A DNA stretch of 64,000 nucleotides from Steroidobacteraceae bacterium (GTDB lineage: Bacteria; Pseudomonadota; Gammaproteobacteria; Steroidobacterales; Steroidobacteraceae). The translations under genes were made by a program, and so were the position numbers. The notes under the pieces were generated by a model. It ran no database searches and had not been told where the DNA came from. It saw nothing but the letters and a program-made list of their open reading frames with translations. The stretch lies in assembly GCA_035491795.1 (NCBI GenBank), contig DATJKD010000073.1, forward strand, positions 22,416-86,415, written 5' to 3'. Within the stretch, counting starts at the first letter, position 1; every line of letters begins with the position of its first letter. Shown here piece by piece: positions 52,001 through 63,661 of this stretch.

Positions 52001-53026
52001 TAGTGGCACCTTGACCGGCTGACGGCGCCAGCGCTTCTCGACCTCGGGCATGCTGAGCGGCGAGCTGCCCGGTGCGCGACGCGGCGGCGTCAGCTCCAGC
52101 ACCTCGAGCTCGGGCAGGTTGCGCGCGGGTGTGCCGAGCGCGAGCTCGCGCAGCTCGAGATCGAGACGCAGCTCCTGCAGCCGTCGCGCGCTGAATGCGA
52201 CCCGCGCGTTGACGCGACCGGTGCCGGAGAGCGGCCGTGCGAGCCCGCTCGGCAGAAGCTCCGCCAGGCCCGGCAGCACCAGCCGCTCGACTTCGAGATC
52301 GACGCGACCGGCCAGATCGCGCGGCTCGGCAAGCGTTCCCTCGAGCTCGGCTTCGAAACCTATGCGCTTGCCGAGCGACTCCGGCAGCCGGGCAGAGCCG
52401 CGCGCGACGACTCGATCCCGGTCCCGGCGCAACACGACATCGAGATCGCGCACAGTCCAGGGCTTCGCGCGGGTCTTGAGATCGCGCACATGCACCGTGG
52501 CGTCGGCGATCTGGACATGACCGGCGGGGAGCCGGTCGAAGTCGAACGGTGGACGGTCAGCAGGTCGTTCGCCCAGTCCGAGCAGACGGATGCTGCCGTC
52601 CTCGAGGCGCATAAGCGTCATTGTCGGGCCGACAAAGCTCACGCGCCCGGCAACGAACTCGCCGGCGCGCAGCACGTTCCAGAGATCGAGCGCAACACTT
52701 CCTTCGCGCATTGCGAGCATCGGCTGCCGGTCTTCTCGGTCGAGGATGCGAAGGTCGTAGAGCACGAGCTCCGGTCCGTACCAGCGCAGCCTGGCGTCCA
52801 GGCTCGAGAACTCGAGCCGCAGCTCGGTCTGCCGTTCCACCCAGGCCTTCACGCGGTGGGCACGCTCCGGCATGCCGGCGAGCACGATACGGAGCAGCAG
52901 CAGCAGGAGTGCAATCGCGATCAGCAGGCCCGCGAACAAGAAGCCGAGGATCCGCAGCACGCGCCGCTTCCCGGCGCCAGGGGGACCATTGGAGTCGGCC
53001 GCGTCGGTGAACGCGTGCGCGTTCAC
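49010..53026 (-). CDS. yhdP: YhdP-family (AsmA-like, TIGR02099-type) large envelope protein
   Basis: 1338 aa with an N-terminal TM (VLRILGFLFAGLLIAIALLLLLL), a long beta-rich body and a C-terminal hydrophobic GGPLAVAGALAAGPVVGAGVLVLSQLF segment. It lies downstream of rng, as in E. coli. GTG 53026 forms a GTGA overlap with the rng stop. Confidence 0.82.
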   Translation of the reverse strand: MNAHAFTDAADSNGPPGAGKRRVLRILGFLFAGLLIAIALLLLLLRIVLAGMPERAHRVKAWVERQTELRLEFSSLDARLRWYGPELVLYDLRILDREDRQPMLAMREGSVALDLWNVLRAGEFVAGRVSFVGPTMTLMRLEDGSIRLLGLGERPADRPPFDFDRLPAGHVQIADATVHVRDLKTRAKPWTVRDLDVVLRRDRDRVVARGSARLPESLGKRIGFEAELEGTLAEPRDLAGRVDLEVERLVLPGLAELLPSGLARPLSGTGRVNARVAFSARRLQELRLDLELRELALGTPARNLPELEVLELTPPRRAPGSSPLSMPEVEKRWRRQPVKVPLTARYELLAGHLALRGLDDGWAFDLRDLRAVREMQTGSPPPARLQGEFHGRAVTRHSLKLQGEALRLDDLWPLALAVAPRAADRWLGLAPRGEIRRLTLELDRPRAGAIPVFAVDADVANLGAAASGVWPGLKGLTATVKGSDKRGRIEMRSPSLDFEWPRMFSAAPGPIAATGEIEWRREGRTWIAAAKKISLEHAQGRAHGAFEFRYAGRRKSPELRVDGTVEQADAALVRSLLPYGRLRPKSIAWLAAAFVRGTATDGVVHIAGPVKRFPFRNGGGEMRIAFDARDITLDYFAGFTPLHDAGGRVLFENGALRAELGSGRVGGLSLRRGAVAIADLKEPVIDIDASGDGDLGEALGMLQKSPLGPTFGRQFMQLAGSGATAFALKLHLTPHDPADRNYEVRAHLDQATVSLPLLRVPAQQVSGELVVARRDIRSSDLRGTFLGGPFSITVAPGDPSAPELDSVVVEGSGRAAGAELPAFIGLPAGIRMAGNLNWTLALGSQRQQQGEPWPTQLEVSSDLRGLAIEAPPPFAKTPDDQRQTGLTLDYSPGGATEVDVRSGAAHARLAFRDRDGKTDFERGALRFDDRALSLPATRGLQIHGDWPDFDLGRWLALGGDSPARRTLSDWLGPVNVRLARARLYGYELRDVAAVLAASDRHWQVDLTGPQAAGHISVPFDLKSGAPVVLDMQRLHLESGAATTPTPAEPADPRRMPALMVSAEEFVWQERRFGQLRAEIVREPQGLRMLKLTTHSPALDIAGTGRWFAEGGGSRSELDLEATSTDLRAASVALGYRDAIEAQRASIAAHLTWPGGPTGDAVRLMDGRVRVELEGGQLRNVEPGAAGRVLGLMSVVELPRRLALDFRDVTDEGLAFDSVRGDFEVHDGDAFTKNLLLTGTAVDIGVAGRTGLASQDYDQTVIVSGNPGGPLAVAGALAAGPVVGAGVLVLSQLFKGQLKGLTRAYYRVTGPWAAPVVERISAPEPSGPAAPEAAAALTQ

Positions 53027-54492
53027 ATCAGGACCACGTCGTACTGGTCGATCAGGTACAGCGCCTCGGTCTGCAACCGGATCGGCTTGCCCGTCAGGAC
53101 CTCGAGCTCACCCAGCGCCGCCGACTCCTCGTCGAGCAGGCGTTCGATCACGTCCTGGTGAGCGAGCACGAGCAGCTCCTGGAACTCGAACTGGCCGGTC
53201 TGCCGCAGTATCTCGCGGAAGATCTCGTAGCACACGGTTTCCGGGGTCTTGACGTAGCCGCGGCCCTCGCAGGCAGCACAGGGGGCGCAGAGCTGGTGTG
53301 CGAGGCTCTCCCGCGTGCGCTTGCGGGTCATCTCGACCAGACCCAGCGGCGAGACCGTCGACACGTTGGTGCGGGCATGGTCGGCGGCGAGTGCCTTCTC
53401 GAGCGCCTGCAGCACCTGCCGCCGGTGCTCTTCCTCCTGCATGTCGATGAAGTCGATGATGACGATGCCGCCGAGGTTTCGCAGCCGCAACTGGCGCGCG
53501 ATCGCGACCGCGGCCTCGAGGTTGGTCCGGAAGATGGTTTCCTCGAGGTTGCGATGCCCGACGTAGGCACCGGTGTTGACGTCGATCGTGGTTAGCGCCT
53601 CGGTCTGGTCGATGATCAGGTAACCACCGGACTTGAGCGCCACCTTGCGGTCGAGCGAGCGCTGGATCTCCTCCTCCACCGCGTGCAGGTCGAAGATCGG
53701 GCGGCTGCCCGCGTAGCGCTCGACGCGCGCACCGAGGGCGGGCATGAACGTGGTGGCAAACTCACGCATCCGGTCACAGGTGGCGTCGTGATCGACCAGC
53801 ACCCGGTCGACGCCTTCACCGACGAGATCGCGCATCAGGCGCAGCGGCAGGGCGAGATCCTCGTGCACCAGCGTTCCAGCGCGCGCGCTGTGCGCGTTTG
53901 CGTCCAGCACCTCCCACAAGCGGCGCAGGAACAGCATGTCGGCGCGCAGCGCCTCGGAGGCGGCGCCCTCCGCGGCCGTGCGCACGATGTAGCCTCCCGC
54001 CTCGCCGTCGACGACGGCCGATTGCACCGCCTCGCGCAACCGCTGCCGCTCGCCCTCGTTTTCGATGCGGGCCGACACACCGACACCGTGACCGAACGGC
54101 ATGAAGACCAGGTAGCGAGACGGAATCGTGACGAAAGTGGTGAGCCGCGCACCCTTGGTGCCAAGCGGATCCTTGAGCACCTGGACCAGGATGTCGGCGC
54201 CCTCGCTGACGAGCTCGCGGATGCTGTCGGTGCGTGGCGCAGCGTCGCCGTTCTCGGCATCATCGGGCTGGACGATGTCGGATGCGTGGAGGAACGCCGT
54301 ACGCTCGAGACCGATGTCGATGAACGCTGCCTGCATTCCGGGCAGAACCCGCGATACACGTCCCTGGTAAAGATTGCCCGTCAGACCGCGCCGGCTCGCG
54401 CGCTCGACGAACAGTTCTTGAAGCACTCCGTTCTCCAGCAGCGCCGCGCGCGTCTCGCGCGGGCTCACGTTGATCACGATCTCCGTGCTCAC
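53023..54492 (-). CDS. rng: Ribonuclease G
   Basis: Reads VSTEIVINVSPRETRAALLENGVLQELFVER...GNLYQGRVSRVLPGMQAAFIDIG (S1 domain)...IIDFIDM. GTG 54492 forms a GTGA overlap with the maf stop. The listed 54744 start is an over-extension. Confidence 0.92.
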   Translation of the reverse strand: MSTEIVINVSPRETRAALLENGVLQELFVERASRRGLTGNLYQGRVSRVLPGMQAAFIDIGLERTAFLHASDIVQPDDAENGDAAPRTDSIRELVSEGADILVQVLKDPLGTKGARLTTFVTIPSRYLVFMPFGHGVGVSARIENEGERQRLREAVQSAVVDGEAGGYIVRTAAEGAASEALRADMLFLRRLWEVLDANAHSARAGTLVHEDLALPLRLMRDLVGEGVDRVLVDHDATCDRMREFATTFMPALGARVERYAGSRPIFDLHAVEEEIQRSLDRKVALKSGGYLIIDQTEALTTIDVNTGAYVGHRNLEETIFRTNLEAAVAIARQLRLRNLGGIVIIDFIDMQEEEHRRQVLQALEKALAADHARTNVSTVSPLGLVEMTRKRTRESLAHQLCAPCAACEGRGYVKTPETVCYEIFREILRQTGQFEFQELLVLAHQDVIERLLDEESAALGELEVLTGKPIRLQTEALYLIDQYDVVLM

Positions 54493-55085
54493 GGCGCCGG
54501 CGCGTCCCGGGCGGCGAGTATCGGAGCGAGCAGTTCCCAGGTCTCGCACAGCGGCAGCCCCATCACCCCCGAATAGCTGCCCGCCAGATGACTGACGAAG
54601 ACCGCCGCACGGCCCTGGATCGCGTAGCCGCCAGCCTTGTCGACGGACTCGTCGCTCGTGCAGTACCAGTCGAGATCCGCGTCCGTCAGCCTGCGGAAAC
54701 GCACCGTACTGGAGCACAAACGCAGCTCGACACCGTGAGTGCACACCAGCGCCACCGCGGTGTGCACCTCGTGCGTGCGCCCCGACAGGCGGCCCAGCAT
54801 CGCGCGGGCCGAGGATGCGCCATGCGGCTTGCCGAAGATCTCGCCGTCGAGAGTCACCGTCGTGTCGGCGCCAAGTACCGGGCGGCGCTCAACCTCGGGG
54901 AGCTCGTCCCAGAGGGCCCGCGCCTTGGTCTCGGCGAGGCGGGCGACGTAGGCCGTAGCCGACTCGCGCGAGCGGCGTGTCTCGTCGACCTCGACCGCGC
55001 GAACCTCGTGGTCGATGCCGATCTGACGCAACAGTTCACTGCGTCTCGGGGACGCGGAAGCCAGAAAGATCAATGGCTTGGGCAT
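54489..55085 (-). CDS. maf: Maf-like nucleoside triphosphate pyrophosphatase
   Basis: Reads MPKPLIFLASASPRRSELLRQIGI...GADTTV...KAGGYAIQG. Start re-picked at ATG 55085. Confidence 0.9.
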   Translation of the reverse strand: MPKPLIFLASASPRRSELLRQIGIDHEVRAVEVDETRRSRESATAYVARLAETKARALWDELPEVERRPVLGADTTVTLDGEIFGKPHGASSARAMLGRLSGRTHEVHTAVALVCTHGVELRLCSSTVRFRRLTDADLDWYCTSDESVDKAGGYAIQGRAAVFVSHLAGSYSGVMGLPLCETWELLAPILAARDAPAP

Positions 55086-55144
55086 CCGCGAAGGATACCG
55101 GCCAGTCGATCGGCCGACGAGCCCGGCGCGGCACCGACGGCCCT

Positions 55145-55615
55145 TCAAGCCCGGTGATACGGCAACCCCTTGATCAGGCTCACGGCACGGTAGAGGGCCT
55201 CGGCGGCAACGACCCGCGCGAGGCCATGTGGCAGCGTCAACGGCGACAACGACCAGCGCAGCCGCGCCTTTGTGTCCACGGCCGCGGCGAGCCCGTCGGG
55301 ACCCCCGATGCAGAAGACCAGCGGGTCGCCTTCGCGCGAGCGGTCGTCAAGCCAGCGCGCGAGCCGCGCGGTGCTCCACGCCTCGCCGTGCACCTGCAGG
55401 GCGACGACGCAGGCACCCGGACCCGCGGCCGCCAGCATGCGCTCACCTTCCGCGGCAACGGCGCGCGTGACCTCGTCGCCCGAGCGCTTGCCGAGCGGGA
55501 TCTCGGTCAGTGCCATGCGGTAATCCGCGCCCTGCAGGCGGTCTGCGTAGTCCCGGTATCCGGCGTTCACCCAGCCCGGCATACGCGTGCCGGCGGCGAC
55601 CAGGTGAAGCAGCAT
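55145..55615 (-). CDS. rlmH: 23S rRNA (pseudouridine1915-N3)-methyltransferase
   Basis: Reads MLLHLVAAGTRMPGWVNAGYRDYADRL...FCIGGPDGL...LSLSPLTLPHGLARVVAAEALYRAVSLIKGLPYHR. Start re-picked at ATG 55615. Confidence 0.92.
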   Translation of the reverse strand: MLLHLVAAGTRMPGWVNAGYRDYADRLQGADYRMALTEIPLGKRSGDEVTRAVAAEGERMLAAAGPGACVVALQVHGEAWSTARLARWLDDRSREGDPLVFCIGGPDGLAAAVDTKARLRWSLSPLTLPHGLARVVAAEALYRAVSLIKGLPYHRA

Positions 55616-55622
55616 TCGGGTC

Positions 55623-56057
55623 TCAGGCAGCGACGGCGCCGGCGGACCAGAGCTTCTCCAGCGCGTAGAAGCCACGCACCCGCGGCAGCATGACGTGCAG
55701 CACGACGTCGTTGAGGTCGAGCAGCACCCATTCCCCGTCGCGCTCGCCCTCCATGCCGAAGGGCCGGAACCCGGCCTCCTTGCAGCGTTGCACGACGCGG
55801 TCGGCGATCGAACGCACGTGACGGTCGGAGGTGCCGCTCGCGACGATCATCGTGTCAGTGATGTCGGTCAGGCCGCGCACGTCGAGCGCCGAAATGTCGA
55901 TCGCCTTCATGTCGTCCAGCGCCGCGAGCACGACCTCCCGCAGCTTCGATCCGGTTGCGGAGCTCGCCGCCTTCTTCGCGGGAGCGCGCCGTGGTACGCG
56001 CGGCGTCTTCGCCGCAGGGCGTGTCGTGCGTGTGGACTTAATGCGCTTTACTGCCAT
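55623..56057 (-). CDS. rsfS: Ribosome silencing factor RsfS with a ~33-aa basic N-terminal extension
   Basis: The core reads [44 protein letters not shown]...[14 protein letters not shown]...[11 protein letters not shown] 56057 lies 2 nt after the nadD stop. No plausible internal start has usable SD spacing. Confidence 0.85.
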   Translation of the reverse strand: MAVKRIKSTRTTRPAAKTPRVPRRAPAKKAASSATGSKLREVVLAALDDMKAIDISALDVRGLTDITDTMIVASGTSDRHVRSIADRVVQRCKEAGFRPFGMEGERDGEWVLLDLNDVVLHVMLPRVRGFYALEKLWSAGAVAA

Positions 56058-56059
56058 GC

Positions 56060-56703
56060 TCACCTCGTGGGACTTTGGGAATAGCAACCTGTCTCGCTGA
56101 TGATGTTGCGGACCGCGTCGGGCATCAGGTACCGGGGATCGCGACCCGACGCGATGATGTTGCGCAGATCCGTGGATGCAATCTCGAGCTGCGTCACCGG
56201 GTGGATGAATATCCGTCCGGCGAGTGCCTCGTGCAGATCGTTGATGCGTCCCGTGCCTCGATCGACCATGAGTTCGCCGAGCGGGCCACTCGTCGGAGCT
56301 CGCCAGCCGGGACGGTGCGCGACCACCACGTGCGCGAGTTGCAGGATCTCGCGCCATTGATGCCACTTCGGCAGGCCGAGAAACGCATCCATGCCCACGA
56401 TCAGGCAGAGCGAACGGTCGGAATGCTCGCGCCGCAGCTCGGCCAGGGTGAGCACCGTGTACGATGGGCCCTCGCGCCGCACCTCGCGGTCGTCGACGAC
56501 GAATCCGGCCTGACCGTCGATCGCCGCGCGCACCATCGCGAGCCGCAGACGTGCATCGGCGAGTGGCGAATCCCGAAGCGGCGGGGCTCCCGCCGGGATG
56601 AAACGGACCTCCGCGAGACGCAGCGCCTGCAGCATCTCGAATGCCGTGCGCATGTGCCCGAAGTGGATCGGGTCGAAAGTGCCGCCGAAGATCCCGATCG
56701 GCA

Positions 56704-56707
<4 letters not shown>
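56060..56707 (-). CDS. nadD: Nicotinate-nucleotide adenylyltransferase
   Basis: Reads [24 protein letters not shown]...ISSTDLR-like ([10 protein letters not shown]). It has an ATGA overlap with the holA stop. Confidence 0.92.
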
Positions 56708-58860
<2,153 letters not shown>

Positions 58861-59108
58861 ACCGCCTCCAAACCGCGTTTCCCGTCGTCAATCAATTGGC
58901 GCGAGCCGATTTTTCCGAGCGCGGGTCAACGGGCGCGTGTCGGACGAAAGCCGACATGGAACGCGATTACGGTTGCGGGGTCCAACGGATTGACGAGGTC
59001 GGGACTTATGTCACATCTTGGCGCGAGCGCGCGCGTATGCTTTCAACACACGTCGAGCACGTGGCAAGGAGATCGAGCACAAGTATCTGCGGTTGGGAGG
59101 AGTCATCG

Positions 59109-61058
59109 ATGAGTGGGTATGCCGTCAAGAGTCAGGCTGGGGACGCCACGAGCTTCGTGGAGTCGCTCGGCGCGTACAGCCGCCAGCATCGAGCCAAGCA
59201 CTGGGCAGGCACTTTCGAGGAATTCCTCCGCGACATCGTTCCGCCGTCACCGCGCTCACTCGCCCGCAGCAGCCACGAGTACCTGTGGGACATGCTGTGC
59301 TGGTTCGGTCGCAGCCAGCCCGATGCCGACAGCGGTCCGAGTGCGCTGTTCCAGCGCGAGTTGTTCGGCATCGACGCGCCGCTCGCACGTGTCGTCGATT
59401 ATTTCAAGGGCGCCGCCGCCGGCTCCGACGTGGGTCGGAGACTGCTGCTGCTGCTCGGCCCACCGTCGGGCGGCAAATCCACGATGGCCATACTCCTGAA
59501 GCGCGGAATCGAGGAATACAGCCACACCGATGAGGGTGCGGTGTACGCGCTCTCCGGCTCGCCGATGCACGAATCCCCGCTCAACATCGTGCCGGCGACC
59601 TTGCGCGCGGAGTTTCGCGAGAAATTCGGCGTCGAGATCCGCGGCGAACCCAGTCCCTGGGCGCGCGACCGGCTCGAGCGCGAATTCGAAGGTGATTTCC
59701 TCCGCATGCCGGTGGAACGCATCTTCCTCGCCGAGGCGTCGCGGGTCGGCGTGGGCACCTATGCGCCGCACGACCCCTCGACCGCCGACATCGCCGACCT
59801 GGTCGGCTCGGTCGACCTGTCGAAGGTCGCCCACTTCGGCGACGAAGGCGACCCGCGCGCGTGGTCGTGGTCGGGCGCCGTCTACGCCGCGAGCCGCGGC
59901 GTGCTTGAGATGATCGAGATCCTCAAGGTCAAGCGCGAGTTCCTCTACCTGCTGCTCACGCTGACGCAGGAGAAGAACGTCAAGGTGTCGCGCTTCCCGC
60001 TCATTCACCTCGACGAGACGATCCTCGCACACACCAACCTCGCCGAGTTCAACAAGTTCCTGCAGGAAAAGGAGAACGAGGCGCTGCTCGACCGGATGGT
60101 GATCGTGCGCGTCCCGTATACGCTGTCCTACGGCGAGGAGGGCCGCATCTACCACAAGCTCGTGTCCTCGGCGCCGGCGTTCCGCGACGTGCACCTCGAT
60201 CCGCACGCACTGCGCGTCGCGGCGGTGTTCGCCGTGATGACACGGCTGGTCAAGTCGGAGCGCGAGGGCCTCGATCTGGGCAAGAAGGCGCGGATCTTTG
60301 CCGGAGAGAGCGTCGAGGGCTTTACCACCACCGAGATCGAACGGCTGCGCCAGGAGGCGCCCGACGAGGGCCTGACCGGGGTGAGCCCGCGCTTCGTCAT
60401 CAACGCGGTTTCGAACGCCATCACGCGCAGCGATACGCGCAGCCTGACGAGCATGGAAGTGCTGCTCGCGCTCAAGGACGCAATCGAGAGCGACGCGCGC
60501 ATGGATGCCAAGCTCAAGAAGGCCTGGATCGACCACTTGGTCGTTGCGCGCAAGGAATTCTACAACCGCTGGGTCAAGGAAGACGTCCACCGCGCGCTCT
60601 TCGCTTCGTTCGAGGACGAGGCGCAGCAACTGCTCGACAAGTACCTCGACGAGGTCGAGGCGGCTCTCGACCAGCGCGAGGTCAAGGACCCGATCACCGG
60701 TGAGTCGCGGCCTCCGGACGAGCGCTTCCTGCGCTCGGTCGAGGACAAGATCAAAGTGTCGGACTCCGGCAAACTCACTTTCCGCCAGGAGATCGTGCGC
60801 AAGGCGATGGTGGCCTACAAGACCGGCGAGAAATTCAGGCTCAAGAGCCATGCGCGGCTCTCCGAGGCGATCGAGCAATACCTGTTCGAGGAGCGGCGCG
60901 ACGTGCTGCGGCTGGTGACCTCGGCGGCGAGGCCCGACGACGAAGCCCAGCGGAAGATTTCCGCAGTGCAGGAGCGCATGATCGACGAGTACGGCTACGA
61001 CGAGCACAGCGCCAGGGAGGCGCTGAGTTACGTGACGACTCTGCTCGCACAGGAGTGA
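59109..61058 (+). CDS. prkA: PrkA-family serine protein kinase (AAA-like N-domain), Bacillus PrkA type
   Basis: GGGAGGA SD precedes ATG 59109. It is collinear with B. subtilis PrkA (LLLLGPPSGGKST, GAVYALSGSPMHESPLNIVP, LLTLTQEKNVKVSRFPLIHLDETILAHTN, NEALLDRMVIVRVPY). The listed 58560 start is an over-extension into pip. Confidence 0.92.
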   Translation: MSGYAVKSQAGDATSFVESLGAYSRQHRAKHWAGTFEEFLRDIVPPSPRSLARSSHEYLWDMLCWFGRSQPDADSGPSALFQRELFGIDAPLARVVDYFKGAAAGSDVGRRLLLLLGPPSGGKSTMAILLKRGIEEYSHTDEGAVYALSGSPMHESPLNIVPATLRAEFREKFGVEIRGEPSPWARDRLEREFEGDFLRMPVERIFLAEASRVGVGTYAPHDPSTADIADLVGSVDLSKVAHFGDEGDPRAWSWSGAVYAASRGVLEMIEILKVKREFLYLLLTLTQEKNVKVSRFPLIHLDETILAHTNLAEFNKFLQEKENEALLDRMVIVRVPYTLSYGEEGRIYHKLVSSAPAFRDVHLDPHALRVAAVFAVMTRLVKSEREGLDLGKKARIFAGESVEGFTTTEIERLRQEAPDEGLTGVSPRFVINAVSNAITRSDTRSLTSMEVLLALKDAIESDARMDAKLKKAWIDHLVVARKEFYNRWVKEDVHRALFASFEDEAQQLLDKYLDEVEAALDQREVKDPITGESRPPDERFLRSVEDKIKVSDSGKLTFRQEIVRKAMVAYKTGEKFRLKSHARLSEAIEQYLFEERRDVLRLVTSAARPDDEAQRKISAVQERMIDEYGYDEHSAREALSYVTTLLAQE

Positions 61059-61110
61059 CGCGGCGGGGGGTTGGGCAGGGCCGGGTTGCAGCGCCCGGCA
61101 GGATCGAGCG

Positions 61111-62259
61111 ATGACGGATGAGGTCAGCGGCAACCGTTTGAATGCGTGGTACGACCTGTTCTCGCGCGGCGCGCGCGACTGGTTGCGTCACAACGAGAAA
61201 GTCCGCGACGCAGTGCGCGCCCATCTTCCGCAAGTTGTTGCCGGTGCGGACGTATTGAGCCGCGGTCACTCCACGGTGCGTGTGCCCGTGCGGATGCTCG
61301 AGCACTACCGCTTCCGGTTGCGCGCGCCCGACCAGGTCGAAGGCGTGGGCCAGGGCGCGGCAAAGCCCGGCGACCGCATCGAAACCGGCGCGGATCCGGC
61401 CCAGGGCAGCGGTCGCGGCACAGGCGGCGACGAGGACGGTGGCGTCCAGTACACGCTCGAGTTCCAGGTCGACGACATCGTCGACTGGCTGTGGGAGGAA
61501 ATGCAGCTGCCGAACCTCGAGAACCGCGCCGGGCAGGCCCGCGACGACGACTGGACGCGCGAGGGCTGGGATCGCCGCGGCGCGCGCTCGCGTCTCGACC
61601 GTCGCCGCTCCCTCAAGGAATCCATCAAGCGGCAGGCGGTCAACCAGGACTCGCCGACGTTCACCGACGAGGACCTTCGCTATCGCCAGCTCGCCAAGCG
61701 CGAGCAGCCAGCTACCCAGGCGGTGGTTTTCCTCGTGCTCGATGTGTCGGCCAGCATGGGCGAAGAACACCGCAAGCTCGCGAAATCCTTCTTCTTCTGG
61801 GCGGTGCAGGGCCTGCGCCGGCAGTACCGGCAACTGGAAGTGGTGTTCATCGCGCACACGACCGAGGCCTGGGAGTTCGCCGAGGAGGAGTTCTTCCGCG
61901 TTACGGGCTCGGGCGGCACGTTCATGTCCTCCGCGCTCGCGCTGGCGCGCAGCGTCGCGGACGAGCGGTACAGCCCGTCGCAATACAACCTCTATCTCTT
62001 CTATGCCTCCGACGGGGAGAATTCGCCGAGCGACAGCGCCGCCACGGACGTCGCCCTCAAGGAGCTGCTCGGCGATCTGCAGTACTGCGGCTTTCTCGAG
62101 GTGGGCTCCGGCGGCGAAGGCGGTCCGTCGAGCGACATCGGCAAGCTCTTTCTTCAGCTTGCCGCGGACGGCCAGCCAACCGCCGCGTACCGGGCGGCGA
62201 AGGCCGACGATATCTGGGGCGCCGTGCGGCACTTCTTCGGCCAGCAGCAGGCCGCGTGA
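61111..62259 (+). CDS. yeaH: DUF444 protein YeaH/YhbH (vWA-like), PrkA partner
   Basis: Contains VRVPVRMLEHYRFR, VVFLVLDVSASMG (MIDAS-like) and LYLFYASDGEN. It lies immediately downstream of prkA. Confidence 0.88.
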   Translation: MTDEVSGNRLNAWYDLFSRGARDWLRHNEKVRDAVRAHLPQVVAGADVLSRGHSTVRVPVRMLEHYRFRLRAPDQVEGVGQGAAKPGDRIETGADPAQGSGRGTGGDEDGGVQYTLEFQVDDIVDWLWEEMQLPNLENRAGQARDDDWTREGWDRRGARSRLDRRRSLKESIKRQAVNQDSPTFTDEDLRYRQLAKREQPATQAVVFLVLDVSASMGEEHRKLAKSFFFWAVQGLRRQYRQLEVVFIAHTTEAWEFAEEEFFRVTGSGGTFMSSALALARSVADERYSPSQYNLYLFYASDGENSPSDSAATDVALKELLGDLQYCGFLEVGSGGEGGPSSDIGKLFLQLAADGQPTAAYRAAKADDIWGAVRHFFGQQQAA

Positions 62260-62269
62260 GAGGACCGCA

Positions 62270-63643
62270 ATGAGCGACGGCTGGCGCAGTTACCTGGCCC
62301 GGATCGAAGACCTGGCGCGCGGCGCGGGCCTCGACTACCACCCGGTCGAGTTCGAAGCCGTGCCCGACAGCATGATGATGGAGATAGCGATATACGGGCT
62401 GCCGGTTCGCATGCCGCACTGGTCGTTCGGCGTGCGCTACATCTACCGGCTGGTGCAGCACAGGATGGGGCTGTCACGGCTGTTCGAGGTCGTGTTCCCG
62501 GGCAATCCGGGACGTGCCTATCTCGCCCGCAACAACAGCGACGCGGAAAACGTTCTGGTCACCGCGCACGTCCTCGGCCATGCCGACTTCTCGAGCTGCA
62601 ACCTGCTCTTCCGGCGCAGCGCCGCGCAGGTGGGACAGCAGATCGTCGAGCAGGCTGCAACGCACGCGCGGCAAATCGGCGAGGCGATCGAGGCGCATGG
62701 GGCGGAGCGTGTCGAGGCGGTGCTCGACGCGGCGCTGGCGCTCGAACAGCACGTCAACATCGACGCCGTGCTCGCCAGGCCGCGCTACCCCGACGAGGGA
62801 CAGAAGACCACACCCTCGGACGATGACACATTCATCCGGCGCTTCCGCACGCTCGGACCGGATGTCGCGCCGGCGCCGGCGACCCTTGCGCCGGTGCCGC
62901 GGCCGCAGACGCCGCCGCACCCGGAACGCGACCTGCTCTGGTTCATCGCTCAGTACGGGCCGGAGCTCGAGCCTTGGGAACGCGACATCTTCCTCGCGGT
63001 GCGCGCCGAGTCGTTCTACTTCTACCCGGTGTTCGCCTGCCAGATCATGAACGAGGGCTGGGCGTCGTACTGGCACGCGCGGCTGCTGCGCGAGGCGGAG
63101 TTCCTGCCTCCGCAGGACTACGTCGACGCGATCAAGTGCCACTCGGATGTCGTGCGCCCCACCGGGCAGGGCGAGCGCGCCTCGCTCGACATCAACCCGT
63201 ATCACCTCGGCTTCTCGCTCTGGGAGCGCATCGTCGCGGAACACGGCGTCGAGTACGCGCGCCGCGTGATGGAGCAGAACGACGACTTCGCGTTCATACG
63301 CGGGTATCTCACCAGCGAGGCCGCCACCGAGCTCAACCTGTTCCGCTACAAGGGACCGGCCCGCGGCCCGTACCAGGTGCAGGAGGAAGACCTCGATGCG
63401 CTGCACGAGGCGCTGCTCAAGCCCAAGTTCAGCTTCGGCGCCCCGACGGTGGCAGTCGATCGGCTGCGTGTCGATGGCACGCTCGAGCTCGTTCACGACC
63501 ACGCGACCGACGGTCGCGGGCTCGATCACGAGCGCAGTGCGCGGGTGCTCGATTACCTGGTGAAGATCTGGCGGCGGCCGATCGTGCTAGCGAGCGTCGA
63601 CGGCGAGGGCCGCACGCTGCAGCTCACCGCGAACCCCGCCTAG
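62270..63643 (+). CDS. spoVR: SpoVR/YcgB-family protein
   Basis: Reads MSDGWRSYLARIEDLARGAGLDYHPVEFE...MPHWSFG...VTAHVLGHADF...CQIMNEGWASYWH. ATG 62270 was chosen within the over-extended ORF 61280..63643. Confidence 0.9.
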   Translation: MSDGWRSYLARIEDLARGAGLDYHPVEFEAVPDSMMMEIAIYGLPVRMPHWSFGVRYIYRLVQHRMGLSRLFEVVFPGNPGRAYLARNNSDAENVLVTAHVLGHADFSSCNLLFRRSAAQVGQQIVEQAATHARQIGEAIEAHGAERVEAVLDAALALEQHVNIDAVLARPRYPDEGQKTTPSDDDTFIRRFRTLGPDVAPAPATLAPVPRPQTPPHPERDLLWFIAQYGPELEPWERDIFLAVRAESFYFYPVFACQIMNEGWASYWHARLLREAEFLPPQDYVDAIKCHSDVVRPTGQGERASLDINPYHLGFSLWERIVAEHGVEYARRVMEQNDDFAFIRGYLTSEAATELNLFRYKGPARGPYQVQEEDLDALHEALLKPKFSFGAPTVAVDRLRVDGTLELVHDHATDGRGLDHERSARVLDYLVKIWRRPIVLASVDGEGRTLQLTANPA

Positions 63644-63661
63644 GCTCGCGCGCCAAACTCT

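Noticed and set aside
59256-61133. 625-aa minus-strand ORF opposite prkA
   Set aside because: It is antisense to a PrkA that is collinear with B. subtilis PrkA. Its own translation is Arg/Ala/Leu-rich without motifs.
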